DNA of 64,000 bases from Spirochaetota bacterium. GTDB lineage: Bacteria; Spirochaetota; Spirochaetia; Treponematales; UBA12059. This document shows, piece by piece, positions 37,813-46,216 of the stretch. Position 1 is the first letter of the stretch, and each line of letters begins with the position of its first letter. Below the pieces are notes generated by a model. It was not told where the DNA came from. It saw only the letters and a list, made by a program, of their open reading frames with translations, and ran no database searches. Both the position numbers and the translations under genes were made by a program. The stretch covers positions 19,058 through 83,057 of the forward strand of contig JANNSO010000054.1 of assembly GCA_031402655.1 (NCBI GenBank), in the 5' to 3' direction.

Positions 37813-38105
37813 GAGCCCTGGTACAAGCTTCTTATACGCGACTCCTATACGAGCCCTGTCCCCGAACTACCTTGCGCCTCTGTACACGCCACATGCAGGT
37901 GCCCTGTCCCCGAACTAACCCCGACATACCCTGCCCCTCTATACACTTCACCTATACGAGCCCTGTCCCCGAACTTCCCCCGACATACCCTGCCCTTCTG
38001 TACACATCACATGCAGGAGCCCTGTCCCCAAACTACCTTGCCCCTCTATACACTTCACCTATACGAGCCCTGTCCCCGAACTTCCCCCGACATACCTCCC
38101 TCACC
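37813..38105 (+). repeat. tandem array: 5 intact + 1 degenerate copies of the GAGCCCTGTCCCC word in 48/59-bp units
   Basis: Word starts at 37851, 37899 (GTG variant), 37958, 38017 and 38065, with a degenerate copy at 37813. Spacing is 48, 59, 59, 48 bp and all copies share one orientation. Inter-word segments are homologous to each other (accttgc/accctgc-ccctct-a/g-tacac..). The array ends 53 bp before the RAYT-like gene. Confidence 0.9.
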
Positions 38106-38157
38106 AAACTTTTTTATTTTTCGAATGCACTACAGTAAATCACTGCGTTGATTTAGT

Positions 38158-38673
38158 ATGAGACACAGAAGAATCTTACAAGACGGGGCTTGCTATCATG
38201 TCACGGCGCAAGTCAATAAAAAGGATATGATCCTTGACATTTGCTCCACCAAAGAACTATTCATAGAGGTTCTAAAACGAGCTAAGGCAAAATACAAATT
38301 CCGCGTGGAAAATTTTACCGTCATGGGAAATCATTATCACTTGATGATTCAACCAAAAAACGGGATTTCTTTATCCGCAATAATGCGGTGGATAATGAGC
38401 GTATTTGCCATGGCATATAATCGCCGCACTAATTCCTGCGGGCATGTATGGAATGGCAGATTTTTTTCAAGGATTGTTGAGAACCTCGATCAGTTTTTAA
38501 AAATATTCGGCTATATTGACGAGAATCCCGTTATGGCGCAATTGGTTGAGAATAAAACAGATTGGCGATTCGGAGGAATTTGGCATCACCGTCGGGGCTT
38601 ACACTCGATTGTCGATGAATCACCTGAGTTTATATTACGTTTTTTCCCAGAACACAGGTGCTTTTGCCCTTAA
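38158..38673 (+). CDS. REP-associated tyrosine transposase-like protein (IS200/IS605-type Y1 HUH, COG1943)
   Basis: 171 aa. ACYHVTAQ, HUH motif GNHYHLMIQP, GHVWNGRFFSRIV, and catalytic Tyr context FGYIDENPVMAQLV. The gene is visibly AT-richer (~42% GC in the first 100 nt) than its surroundings. Confidence 0.8.
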   Translation: MRHRRILQDGACYHVTAQVNKKDMILDICSTKELFIEVLKRAKAKYKFRVENFTVMGNHYHLMIQPKNGISLSAIMRWIMSVFAMAYNRRTNSCGHVWNGRFFSRIVENLDQFLKIFGYIDENPVMAQLVENKTDWRFGGIWHHRRGLHSIVDESPEFILRFFPEHRCFCP

Positions 38674-38767
38674 CACCAAGTTCTATCACGAGGAGGACAA
38701 TAAAACAAAAACCAGATGCAAGCCTTTCGCTGGCACCTGGCTTTCCATAACGCTTCAGAAACAATAA

Positions 38768-39313
38768 TTATGGTGCCGTCGCCACCATGAGCACTGCAGG
38801 ATTTGAAAAATCGAGAGGAATTGTCACTGCTCTCGCAGCCAATTCAAGGTTTAGCATATAAAGAGCCTGCTTGCTATCCCCCATAAGTTCCAGGTTCTGC
38901 AGTATTTCGTTGGCATTTTTCTCTTCCTCGAGCTGCTCATTGATATACCAGCGAACAAGATTCTCGGTACCATAATCCTTTTCTGCTTGAGCGAGTTCCA
39001 GCAATTCCCGAATTGAGGCTGTTACCCATTTCTCGTGCTTGAGAACCTCCTGAAAAGTTGCCTTTATGTCAGCGCTTTTTATTTCGGGCGCATCAATCCT
39101 GGCAAGAACCGGAGCTGCTCCCTGATCGATAAGATAGGTATAGAATTTCATTGCATGAAACATCTCTTCGTGGAACTGGGTCATAAGCCATTTCGCTACA
39201 CCTAGATAGCCAGTGCCTGCGAGCTTGGCGGACATTGCCATATACAGGTAGGCGGAATACATTTCTCTGTTTATCTGAAGATTAATCCTGTCTGCAAGTT
39301 TCTGTGAAAGCAT
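38768..39313 (-). CDS. ferritin (non-haem, Ftn-type)
   Basis: INREMYSAYLYMAMS and QFHEEMFHAMKF ferroxidase-centre blocks. 181 aa. Confidence 0.9.
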   Translation of the reverse strand: MLSQKLADRINLQINREMYSAYLYMAMSAKLAGTGYLGVAKWLMTQFHEEMFHAMKFYTYLIDQGAAPVLARIDAPEIKSADIKATFQEVLKHEKWVTASIRELLELAQAEKDYGTENLVRWYINEQLEEEKNANEILQNLELMGDSKQALYMLNLELAARAVTIPLDFSNPAVLMVATAP

Positions 39314-39423
39314 GTGTTTCTCCTTGTAACGTAATAATTAGCAATTCGGCTGGTCTACGGTGCCGTTTTTAGTAATATAGTGAAACCTGGATAGAAATTC
39401 AAATTTGCCGGGCAGTTAATGAT

Positions 39424-39592
39424 GTTCTCTGATTATCAAGCCAAGTATTAACAGGTTGTTGAAAAAGCTTGTGGCTTTTCCAACAATCTTAAACATTCCT
39501 CGCATTTGATTACAAATGCTACGGTAATGTTACATTTTGGAAGTGTTGAAAATCCTCATCCGAGGTTTTTCAACACCCAATTAAAGGACTCC
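39424..39592. repeat. second, end-decayed copy of the multi-hairpin element (matches 10537..10707)
   Basis: Core 39456..39578 differs from 10571..10693 at 6 of ~123 positions by eye. All three hairpins are retained. The terminal GGGACCTCT / AGAGGTCCC ends are degenerate (TTCTCTGAT.. / ..TTAAAGGACTCC). Confidence 0.85.
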
Positions 39593-39644
39593 TCTATAAA
39601 CTATGCCTCCCCTTTGAAACACCCAGCCTGGTTTTCCCCTGGCT

Positions 39645-39656
39645 GGGGACAGGGCT
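39645..39656 (-). repeat. intergenic copy (GGGGACAGGGCT on + strand)
   Basis: Exact 12-mer in reverse orientation. Overlaps a CCCAGCC..GGCTGGG stem. Confidence 0.9.
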
Positions 39657-39812
39657 TGAGAAGAAGGTGCTGCCTGGATGTCGCAATTTTCAAGCTGCAA
39701 AAATCAAATATTGGAAGCTCCAATAACCCTGTCGGTTATCAGAACTTCCAATATGTCTGTTTGACCAAAGAAATGCCGTTAAAACATATTCCTTGTTATT
39801 TTATTTTTTTAC

Positions 39813-40550
39813 ATGCATAATAAAACGAGTATGAACAATCTGTTTATCTTATATTCTGCCCTTGCAGCCTTCGGCGTAGGGGTAACCGTTGTAGATCTAT
39901 TTGGAATCTTCGACCATTTTTCAGGTTCGGCATCCGGTGGGCATGCTGGCAGCCACGATAGTGATAACGATGGCGGGCATCCCGCCGATACGGTATCGCA
40001 CGACGGAGCAGGCCATGATTCCACCCACCACGACGCCATCAGCATCAGCCCGATGCATGATGCCCACCATGGCAACACTCTTCATGCGTCAGGGCAGGAA
40101 ACTCATTCCGGTTCATATGTAGCGTCCGCCGACTCAGGCACAAAAATCGTCGCAAAAACCCTGGCTGTTTTGCGCTCTGGCGTTTATTTCAGCCTGGGGG
40201 CGGGGCTTACTGGTTTATTTGCCCTGTTAACCAAAGTTTCGACGGTTCCGAGTCTCCTATGGAGTGCAGGCGCAGGCATTTTTATAATGATTTTTGCGCG
40301 ACTTTTACGCTCCTTTATCCGCAAAGACCTGGATTCCTCGCTAAAACCCGAAGAATTTCTCATGGAACCGGCTATAGTGAGCGTTTCTGTCCAGCCCGGG
40401 GCGATGGGCAAGGCAATCGTACGTCATGCGGACCTTGAAACGGAGTTATTTGTCCGTGCTAAGGATGCTTTGCTTGTAGTAAAAAAAGGCACGATGGTAA
40501 GAATTGTGGATTATACCGACGACTGCTATTGGATAGAACCCGAGTTATAA
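39813..40550 (+). CDS. NfeD-like membrane protein with histidine-rich loop
   Basis: TM segments, a ~65-aa loop with about 14 His (GGHAGSHDSDNDGGHPADTVSHDGAGHDSTHHDAISISPMHDAHHGNTLH), and a C-terminal beta-rich domain (GKAIVRHADLETELFVRAKD..GTMVRIVDY). Sits directly upstream of flotillin genes, as NfeD/YuaF does. Confidence 0.55.
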   Translation: MHNKTSMNNLFILYSALAAFGVGVTVVDLFGIFDHFSGSASGGHAGSHDSDNDGGHPADTVSHDGAGHDSTHHDAISISPMHDAHHGNTLHASGQETHSGSYVASADSGTKIVAKTLAVLRSGVYFSLGAGLTGLFALLTKVSTVPSLLWSAGAGIFIMIFARLLRSFIRKDLDSSLKPEEFLMEPAIVSVSVQPGAMGKAIVRHADLETELFVRAKDALLVVKKGTMVRIVDYTDDCYWIEPEL

Positions 40551-40587
40551 CGCATTTTTTCTATTGTAGAAAGGGAGGATCGTGTTT

Positions 40588-41919
40588 ATGGACATTATCA
40601 AGGAAGCGTTTGCGAACGCTTCGGGCTTGCTGTTTGGAGGACTTGGAGTCGTGGCTTTCATTGCCCTGGTGGCGCTCTTGAAGGCAACAATCCGCGTTGC
40701 GTCTCCGGACCGCATCCTCGTGGTTACCGGCCGCAAGACTACGCATAAAGGTCGAACATTCGGTTTTTCGGTGGATCGCGGGCGCACGCTCGTGATTCCC
40801 TATTTTCAGTCCATGGGCAGCCTTGATCTGGGGGTATTCCCGGTCAATGTGCGCGTGGAAGGCGTAAACAGCGCCAACGGCATCACCGTTGGGGCGGACG
40901 CAACCGCCTGCGTATGCATCGATGACGACGACGACGCCATGCTTTACAGCGCGGTCGAGCGACTGATGGGCAAGGACAACAAGCAGATATACGACCAGGT
41001 TCAGCAAACGCTCGTGGGAAATTTCCGCGGTGCGCTCAACAAGGCAACCCCGCTCCAGGCTATCGGCATGGAAGAAATAGCCGAAGGCCAGGAAGACCAT
41101 GTCGATTTAGGCGAACGGGCGCAATTCCGCGCAGAACTGTTAACAGATATTAACTCCGATCTCAGGTCCTTCGGCATGAAGGTGGTTTCGGTTTCCCTGC
41201 AAAAAATCTGGGACACGTCCAATTACATCGCCAACCTTGCGCAGAAAACCCTGGCGGAAAAACGACGCCAGGTGGAGATAGAGGAATCCCGGCTGCACGC
41301 CATCGCCGACCAGTCGGAAAGCGACGCGCGCAAGCATATCGAAGTTGCAAAATCCCAAGCCGACGAGGCAATAATCCTGGCACGTCAGGAACTTGAAGTA
41401 TACCGCAGGGAGTCAGCCGGTCTTGTAGAAGGCGCAAGGCTCATGGCCGACCAGTCAATCGCGGAATCAAAAAACTCCGGCGAGGCTGCGGTCCAAGCCG
41501 AGCTCATCGAACTGCAGAAACTCAAGAACATGTCTTCCGTTACCCTTGGCGCCGAAGCCCGCGAGGAATCGGCACGGATGGTCGCAGACGGCGAAAGCCA
41601 GGCGGTAGGTATCCGCGAATCGGCACGCAACGAAATACTCAAGTTCAAAGCCAAGTTATTGGCGGACTACGGCGACGACGCTTCCAGCGTCATGTTCCTG
41701 CAGCAAAAACTTCCTGCGCTGTTCGAGTCTTACCTCGCCGCAATCGAGCACGGCTCGGTGGACAATCTCGTCGTTATGAACGACCAGGAGGGTTTCTCCG
41801 GAGCCGTGAACCGCGGACCTCGGGCTTTCGCGGATTTCCTGCATACTTTCACCGAGGCTTTCGGAGTCGACGTCAAGGCGCTTGCCATGCCCGATTCGAA
41901 AAAAGGAGCTGCCAAATGA
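40588..41919 (+). CDS. flotillin / SPFH (band 7) domain protein
   Basis: N-terminal TM plus SPFH domain, then a long Ala/Glu/Gln-rich coiled-coil. ATG 40588 is 9 nt after GGGAGG (the track ORF starts at GTG 40582). Confidence 0.85.
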   Translation: MDIIKEAFANASGLLFGGLGVVAFIALVALLKATIRVASPDRILVVTGRKTTHKGRTFGFSVDRGRTLVIPYFQSMGSLDLGVFPVNVRVEGVNSANGITVGADATACVCIDDDDDAMLYSAVERLMGKDNKQIYDQVQQTLVGNFRGALNKATPLQAIGMEEIAEGQEDHVDLGERAQFRAELLTDINSDLRSFGMKVVSVSLQKIWDTSNYIANLAQKTLAEKRRQVEIEESRLHAIADQSESDARKHIEVAKSQADEAIILARQELEVYRRESAGLVEGARLMADQSIAESKNSGEAAVQAELIELQKLKNMSSVTLGAEAREESARMVADGESQAVGIRESARNEILKFKAKLLADYGDDASSVMFLQQKLPALFESYLAAIEHGSVDNLVVMNDQEGFSGAVNRGPRAFADFLHTFTEAFGVDVKALAMPDSKKGAAK

Positions 41920-43181
41920 TAGCGTTCATACTTGCACTTGGCGGCTTGGTAGGCATCACCGTACTGTTTCAGCTGCTTACCAACATGAAGATAGTCGGAG
42001 GAAACGAACTGGGCGTCGTCGCCGGTTCAGGAGGAAACAAAGGTTTCCGAACGCTGTCCGGCGGACGCGCCTTTATCATCCCGCTGTTACAAAAATTTAA
42101 CAAATTTGACCTGACGCCCGTTACCATCGAGGTTGTGGTAGATTCCGCGCTGGCAGCGGGTATCGTGCCGCTCAACGTCAAATCTACGGTGTCTTTCGCC
42201 ATCGCCAGCAACGAAGTTGGCCGCAGCCACGCAGTTACGCGTATTCTGTCGCTTGCCGCCAACCGAGACAACCTGCGCCGCGTTGCGAGCGACATTATCG
42301 AAGGACACCTCCGCGACTCGATAGCCAGCATGACGCCCGAACAAGTGATGAAAGACAAAGACACGCTTGTAGCCAAAATGATCAACGTATGCAAGAACGA
42401 CCTGGAAAACATCGGGCTTGAAATTACCACGATGAACATTGCCGACGTCGATGACCACCGCCTGCCGGGCGTCGAGGAACCGGATCTGTATATGGCGCTG
42501 CTCAAGCGCATCCAGTCCACCAATGCCGAGACCAAGGCGCGGCAGGCCCAGGCGGAAGCCAAAGCGGCAAGCGCAGAGCAGGCTGAAGCCCGCCGTGCGG
42601 AAACCGAGGTGAAAAACCTGAAAAACGAGCTCGAACGTCTCAAAGCCGACGTTCGGGTGCGCATGGCACAGGAATCCCAGCGACAAAAAGTCGGCGTAGA
42701 ACAGGAGGCTGCCAATGCAAGAGCCCGTGTTTCTGGCATCAAGGGGCAGGTGGAAGCCGAAAAGCAAAATATTGAAATGTTAAAAAATAAGTACAAGGCA
42801 GAGGTCGTCACGCCCTCGATCGCCACAAGCATGAACGCGATACTAAAAGCCAAGGCAGACGTTGCTCAATGGAAGGGCGTAGCGCAGGCCGAGCTCAACC
42901 AGCTCGCAGTAACGTTAAAAACCATGCAGGATGCGGGTGGTGAGGCCAGGCGCGCCTGGATAATCGACAACTTCGAGAAGCTGTTTACCCCGTTTGCGGG
43001 AATGCTGGCCAAGTATCCGGCAACACACGTATCGGTTCTTACGGGAGCCGGCGGCGACTATGCCCCTATTTCGGCGATTCACCCCAACGCCGTCATGTCC
43101 GCAAGAAACGATATGGTCGCGGCAGCCCTCGAAGGCGTGTCCAAGCCGGACACAGCGGGGAAAATAGCGGACAAAAAATAA
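41916..43181 (+). CDS. flotillin / SPFH (band 7) domain protein, second paralogue
   Basis: Same architecture (TM, SPFH, EA-rich coiled coil AQAEAKAASAEQAEARRAE). ATGA overlap with the upstream flotillin gene. Confidence 0.85.
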   Translation: MIAFILALGGLVGITVLFQLLTNMKIVGGNELGVVAGSGGNKGFRTLSGGRAFIIPLLQKFNKFDLTPVTIEVVVDSALAAGIVPLNVKSTVSFAIASNEVGRSHAVTRILSLAANRDNLRRVASDIIEGHLRDSIASMTPEQVMKDKDTLVAKMINVCKNDLENIGLEITTMNIADVDDHRLPGVEEPDLYMALLKRIQSTNAETKARQAQAEAKAASAEQAEARRAETEVKNLKNELERLKADVRVRMAQESQRQKVGVEQEAANARARVSGIKGQVEAEKQNIEMLKNKYKAEVVTPSIATSMNAILKAKADVAQWKGVAQAELNQLAVTLKTMQDAGGEARRAWIIDNFEKLFTPFAGMLAKYPATHVSVLTGAGGDYAPISAIHPNAVMSARNDMVAAALEGVSKPDTAGKIADKK

Positions 43182-43205
43182 TCCGATCTAAATTAAAGCG
43201 GATGC

Positions 43206-43236
43206 CCGCCTGCCTACCAGGGCAGGCGGTTTTTTT
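43206..43236 (+). terminator. rho-independent terminator of the nfeD-flotillin operon
   Basis: CCGCCTGCC (43206..43214) pairs with GGCAGGCGG (43221..43229), followed by a T7 run (43230..43236). The T-run overlaps the stop of the convergent GGDEF gene. Confidence 0.75.
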
Positions 43237-44764
43237 ATCGCTGATCGCGACCTTTCGCAAAATACATGCGCTTGTCGGCAAGGGACAACAACTCCTCCAA
43301 TTCCGGAAGCTCAGAGCCGATGGCAGTGGCGGTTCCTATGCTTGCGGAAAGTGTTATAACAATGGTTCCGGAATTTATCGTCGCGCAGCATACCAATTGC
43401 CTCAGTTTGCCTGCGACAAGCTTTACGTCATCCTCGCTGGTCTCAGGAAACGCAAATACGAATTCATCGCCGCCGTACCTCCCTAGAAAATCGCAGGTGC
43501 GGAGCGCAGAAGCGCACAGCTGACTGACCAGGCAGAGAGCCCTGTCCCCGATTGTATGCCCGTGCATATCGTTAATTGTCTTGAAAGCATTCAAATCCAT
43601 GATGGCAACGCTGAATGACCGGCCATAACGTCTGGCACGCTCCAACTCGAGACGCCCCCGCTCAAAAAAGCTGCGGCGATTCATGAGGCTCGTAAGCTCA
43701 TCCGTCGAAGCAAGGTGTAAAAGCCTATCGTTCAGGGCTACCTGGTCGCTTATGTCGCTCAGCCGGTAAATCGTCCCCATCAAGTGGCTGTTCTTGTCCA
43801 ATAATATTGTAGCCGCAACGGTATAGCTTCTCTTGCCTTGCAGCGTGGCTACCTGAAAAGCAAGCGGCGGTTCTGCCGGAAGGGGCAGTTCCTGTTGCAC
43901 TAGAAACGGCAGGAGAACATCATGTGCCGAAACTACCGATTTATCATTCTTCGTGGCTAAAGCGGGCAATAGATCAGAAGCCTTCCGATTGTAATCGACA
44001 ACCGTTCCCAAAGCATCGGCAACAATGAGAGCATCGCCCATTTGCTCAAAAATCCTATCACGGGCAAGCGGTAGAAGATCATGCAGCCGAAACCGCGTGA
44101 AACCCCAGGCAAAGAAAGGTGCTGCAGCAGCCAGCAATACCGGAGAAAAGTCTATGCCGTTGGGAGTCAGGTTCAGCAGATACAGGATGTTACCCACCCA
44201 AGGCAAAAGCGAACCTGCCAAAAAGCATAAAGCCTGCCTTCTCCGGTAAATTTTTTGCGTAACTGCGCCTTTAATAAAAACAAAAGTTCCAAAAACCAGT
44301 GCCAGCTCAAGATATGCAATACTCACAAAATACCAGGGTCCTCGCTCGAAAGCCAGAATGGTCATTCCATTTATAACCCTGATGGTCGGGTTTATATAAA
44401 ACAGCGAATGCTTATCCTGCAATAAAACAAGCACGAACGTGATGGCCGGAATGACAAAAAACATGGGAGCCGGCAACTTGAAACGGCTGCCTCCCTCATA
44501 ATCCCGGACTATCAGAATCCAGAAAGCAGGAAGAAATGCAATGCCGATATATTCTATCCGGATCAGCAGCAATACCAGCTCAAGCGACTGGGACTTGAGC
44601 TCAAGGGCATACCCGCCGGCATAAAATACAAAACAGACGCAAAGAAAAGCAAACCAACATGTCCCCTGCTTTTTCAAAGCCTGAATAAACGCGAATACGG
44701 CCAGGGTACCGCTGCTTCCAGCGCCCATCAACAAGGCAATAAGCACAAACATGTCTATTTGCAT
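43235..44764 (-). CDS. polytopic membrane PAS-GGDEF diguanylate cyclase
   Basis: About 7 N-terminal TM helices and a PAS-like segment. GGDEF domain with NAFKTINDMHGHTIGD and RYGGDEFVF. Confidence 0.85.
   Translation of the reverse strand: MQIDMFVLIALLMGAGSSGTLAVFAFIQALKKQGTCWFAFLCVCFVFYAGGYALELKSQSLELVLLLIRIEYIGIAFLPAFWILIVRDYEGGSRFKLPAPMFFVIPAITFVLVLLQDKHSLFYINPTIRVINGMTILAFERGPWYFVSIAYLELALVFGTFVFIKGAVTQKIYRRRQALCFLAGSLLPWVGNILYLLNLTPNGIDFSPVLLAAAAPFFAWGFTRFRLHDLLPLARDRIFEQMGDALIVADALGTVVDYNRKASDLLPALATKNDKSVVSAHDVLLPFLVQQELPLPAEPPLAFQVATLQGKRSYTVAATILLDKNSHLMGTIYRLSDISDQVALNDRLLHLASTDELTSLMNRRSFFERGRLELERARRYGRSFSVAIMDLNAFKTINDMHGHTIGDRALCLVSQLCASALRTCDFLGRYGGDEFVFAFPETSEDDVKLVAGKLRQLVCCATINSGTIVITLSASIGTATAIGSELPELEELLSLADKRMYFAKGRDQR
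43537..43549 (+). repeat. intragenic exact copy GAGCCCTGTCCCC
   Basis: On the coding (-) strand GGG GAC AGG GCT CTC encodes GDRAL, within the conserved GHxxGD block of the GGDEF domain. Confidence 0.9.
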
Positions 44765-44806
44765 TCAGGACCTTCCTTAAATACATCTATCCCGGTTTTT
44801 ACTTTG

Positions 44807-46132
44807 TCAGAGAATCTGCCCCAGCAGAATAACATACAATACCGCAATAAGGAAAAAAATCATGAGCGGCAGGGCTATGCGCCGAATCGTCGTGGCCGAA
44901 CCCGTCCCAAAGTGTTCCGCACTGACAGCCATGCAGACGTGCAATGGACTCAACATCATGCCGGCGTAACCCGCTGCCCCGGAAAGAACCACGACGGCCT
45001 CCCGTGGAAAGCTTCCTTCCGCCGAGAACAGGCCAAGCACAATGGGAAAAGCCAAGCCGACATAACCGAATCCAACCCCGGTAATCAATCCGGCAATGAA
45101 CGGAAGCAGCACAGCCACAATTAACGGAGAAATACCGAGTGTGGATAGCTCTGCCGTTGCGGAGCCAGCGACACCCCCGGCTTCCAGCAGCGCTGAAAAG
45201 CAGCGGATACCGGCGATCACGGCGACCATCTTGATCGATGCCGGAGTTATGGATTTCTTGAATATTCCCTTCGCCCTGTTACGAAAGATGATAAACAGGG
45301 AAGCTGCTGCTAGACCGATCAATATCGGGAAGAATCGCCCCGCTAAAATGTTTACCCTGGCCGAAAAACCTAAATATTGCCCCAGAAGCTTCCATGCGAC
45401 ATCAAAAAAAACATACGTTCCCAAAACTATTGCCAGAGGTGCAAATCCTTTTATCGCGAGCGAAAGCCGGGACCCAGAGTTGCGGGCGGGGGACAGGGCT
45501 CCGCCAATTCCGGCCTCGTTGATGGTAGCAGAGTTTTTTGTCCGTTTCAGGATAAAAATAGTACCTAGAACAAACAAAGACACCGGAGCGTATAGATTCA
45601 GGAGTATAAGCCGGCCCACCGATATGTTCGCGAGTGTAGAAGTAAGGATAAAAGCTGGGTATAAAGGCCAACTCAGCTCGAGATTATGCCTGAACCAGTA
45701 ATTTATCGCTGAAAGCCTATCCGCCCCTTGAGTACGGCCAGGATCTAGCGCATCCACAAGTGGAGCGGAAAGGACCGCCCCTCCGGGCATCGGTAGCGTT
45801 CCAATCAGTAAAGGCGCGATAGGCAAAGCGGCATTGCTTGTTCTTGTAATAACCCGAATCGCATTGTTGAATGCATCCAGTGCGCCTGCGTTTTTCATGG
45901 CAATGGAAAAAGCCATAATACTAACCATCAATCCAAGAAGAAGCAGAGTATCCGGATCGAGAATCTCGAGAATTATGGTTAAAGCCACCTGTTTTGGGGA
46001 CAGGTCTTGGAAAAAGGCAAAAACAACACCTCCTGCAAGTGCTGCCAGGCCCAAATGGACTTTTTTTGCGCTCGCAAGAACGATAAGGGCAAATATTACA
46101 AGAATTTGAAATAGAACTGGAACAACCGACAC
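44807..46132 (-). CDS. polytopic integral membrane protein (DUF401-like putative transporter)
   Basis: 441 aa, about 10-12 TM helices, GTLPMPGGAVLSAP block. GTG start 7 nt after GGGGAGG. The family assignment is from memory and is tentative. Confidence 0.65.
   Translation of the reverse strand: MSVVPVLFQILVIFALIVLASAKKVHLGLAALAGGVVFAFFQDLSPKQVALTIILEILDPDTLLLLGLMVSIMAFSIAMKNAGALDAFNNAIRVITRTSNAALPIAPLLIGTLPMPGGAVLSAPLVDALDPGRTQGADRLSAINYWFRHNLELSWPLYPAFILTSTLANISVGRLILLNLYAPVSLFVLGTIFILKRTKNSATINEAGIGGALSPARNSGSRLSLAIKGFAPLAIVLGTYVFFDVAWKLLGQYLGFSARVNILAGRFFPILIGLAAASLFIIFRNRAKGIFKKSITPASIKMVAVIAGIRCFSALLEAGGVAGSATAELSTLGISPLIVAVLLPFIAGLITGVGFGYVGLAFPIVLGLFSAEGSFPREAVVVLSGAAGYAGMMLSPLHVCMAVSAEHFGTGSATTIRRIALPLMIFFLIAVLYVILLGQIL
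45489..45501 (-). repeat. intragenic exact copy (GGGGACAGGGCTC on + strand)
   Basis: The coding (-) strand reads GGA GCC CTG TCC CCC = GALSP. Confidence 0.9.
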
Positions 46133-46164
46133 AAAAAACCTCCCCTGAAGTTCAATATCATGGG

Positions 46165-46194
46165 ATTATAAGGGTTTATTTATCCGCTGTACAA
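46165..46194 (-). promoter_or_regulatory. putative sigma70-type promoter of the DUF401-like gene
   Basis: The - strand reads TTGTAC (46194..46189)-18 nt-TATAAT (46170..46165), immediately downstream of the 34-bp repeat array. Confidence 0.4.
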
Positions 46195-46216
46195 GGATTA
46201 TTTCGCGGCAGCATAT

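Noticed and set aside
37813-38105. Possible CRISPR array (short repeats at regular ~48-59-bp spacing).
   Set aside because: The conserved core is only ~13-18 nt. The intervening 'spacers' are homologous to one another, so this is a tandem repeat with an 11-nt indel. No cas genes or leader are present, and the same word occurs as solitary copies inside genes.
37872-38138. 88-aa ORF across the array, with a repetitive peptide (..ALSPNY..ALSPNF..).
   Set aside because: The reading frame is a by-product of the tandem DNA repeat. There is no RBS and the composition is low-complexity, so I treat it as non-coding.
39506-39820. 104-aa + strand ORF in the ferritin/nfeD intergenic region.
   Set aside because: It starts inside the multi-hairpin repeat copy and runs through the word copy and an inverted repeat. 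There is no RBS and no recognisable domain. The homologous repeat copy at 10537..10707 does not maintain an ORF.
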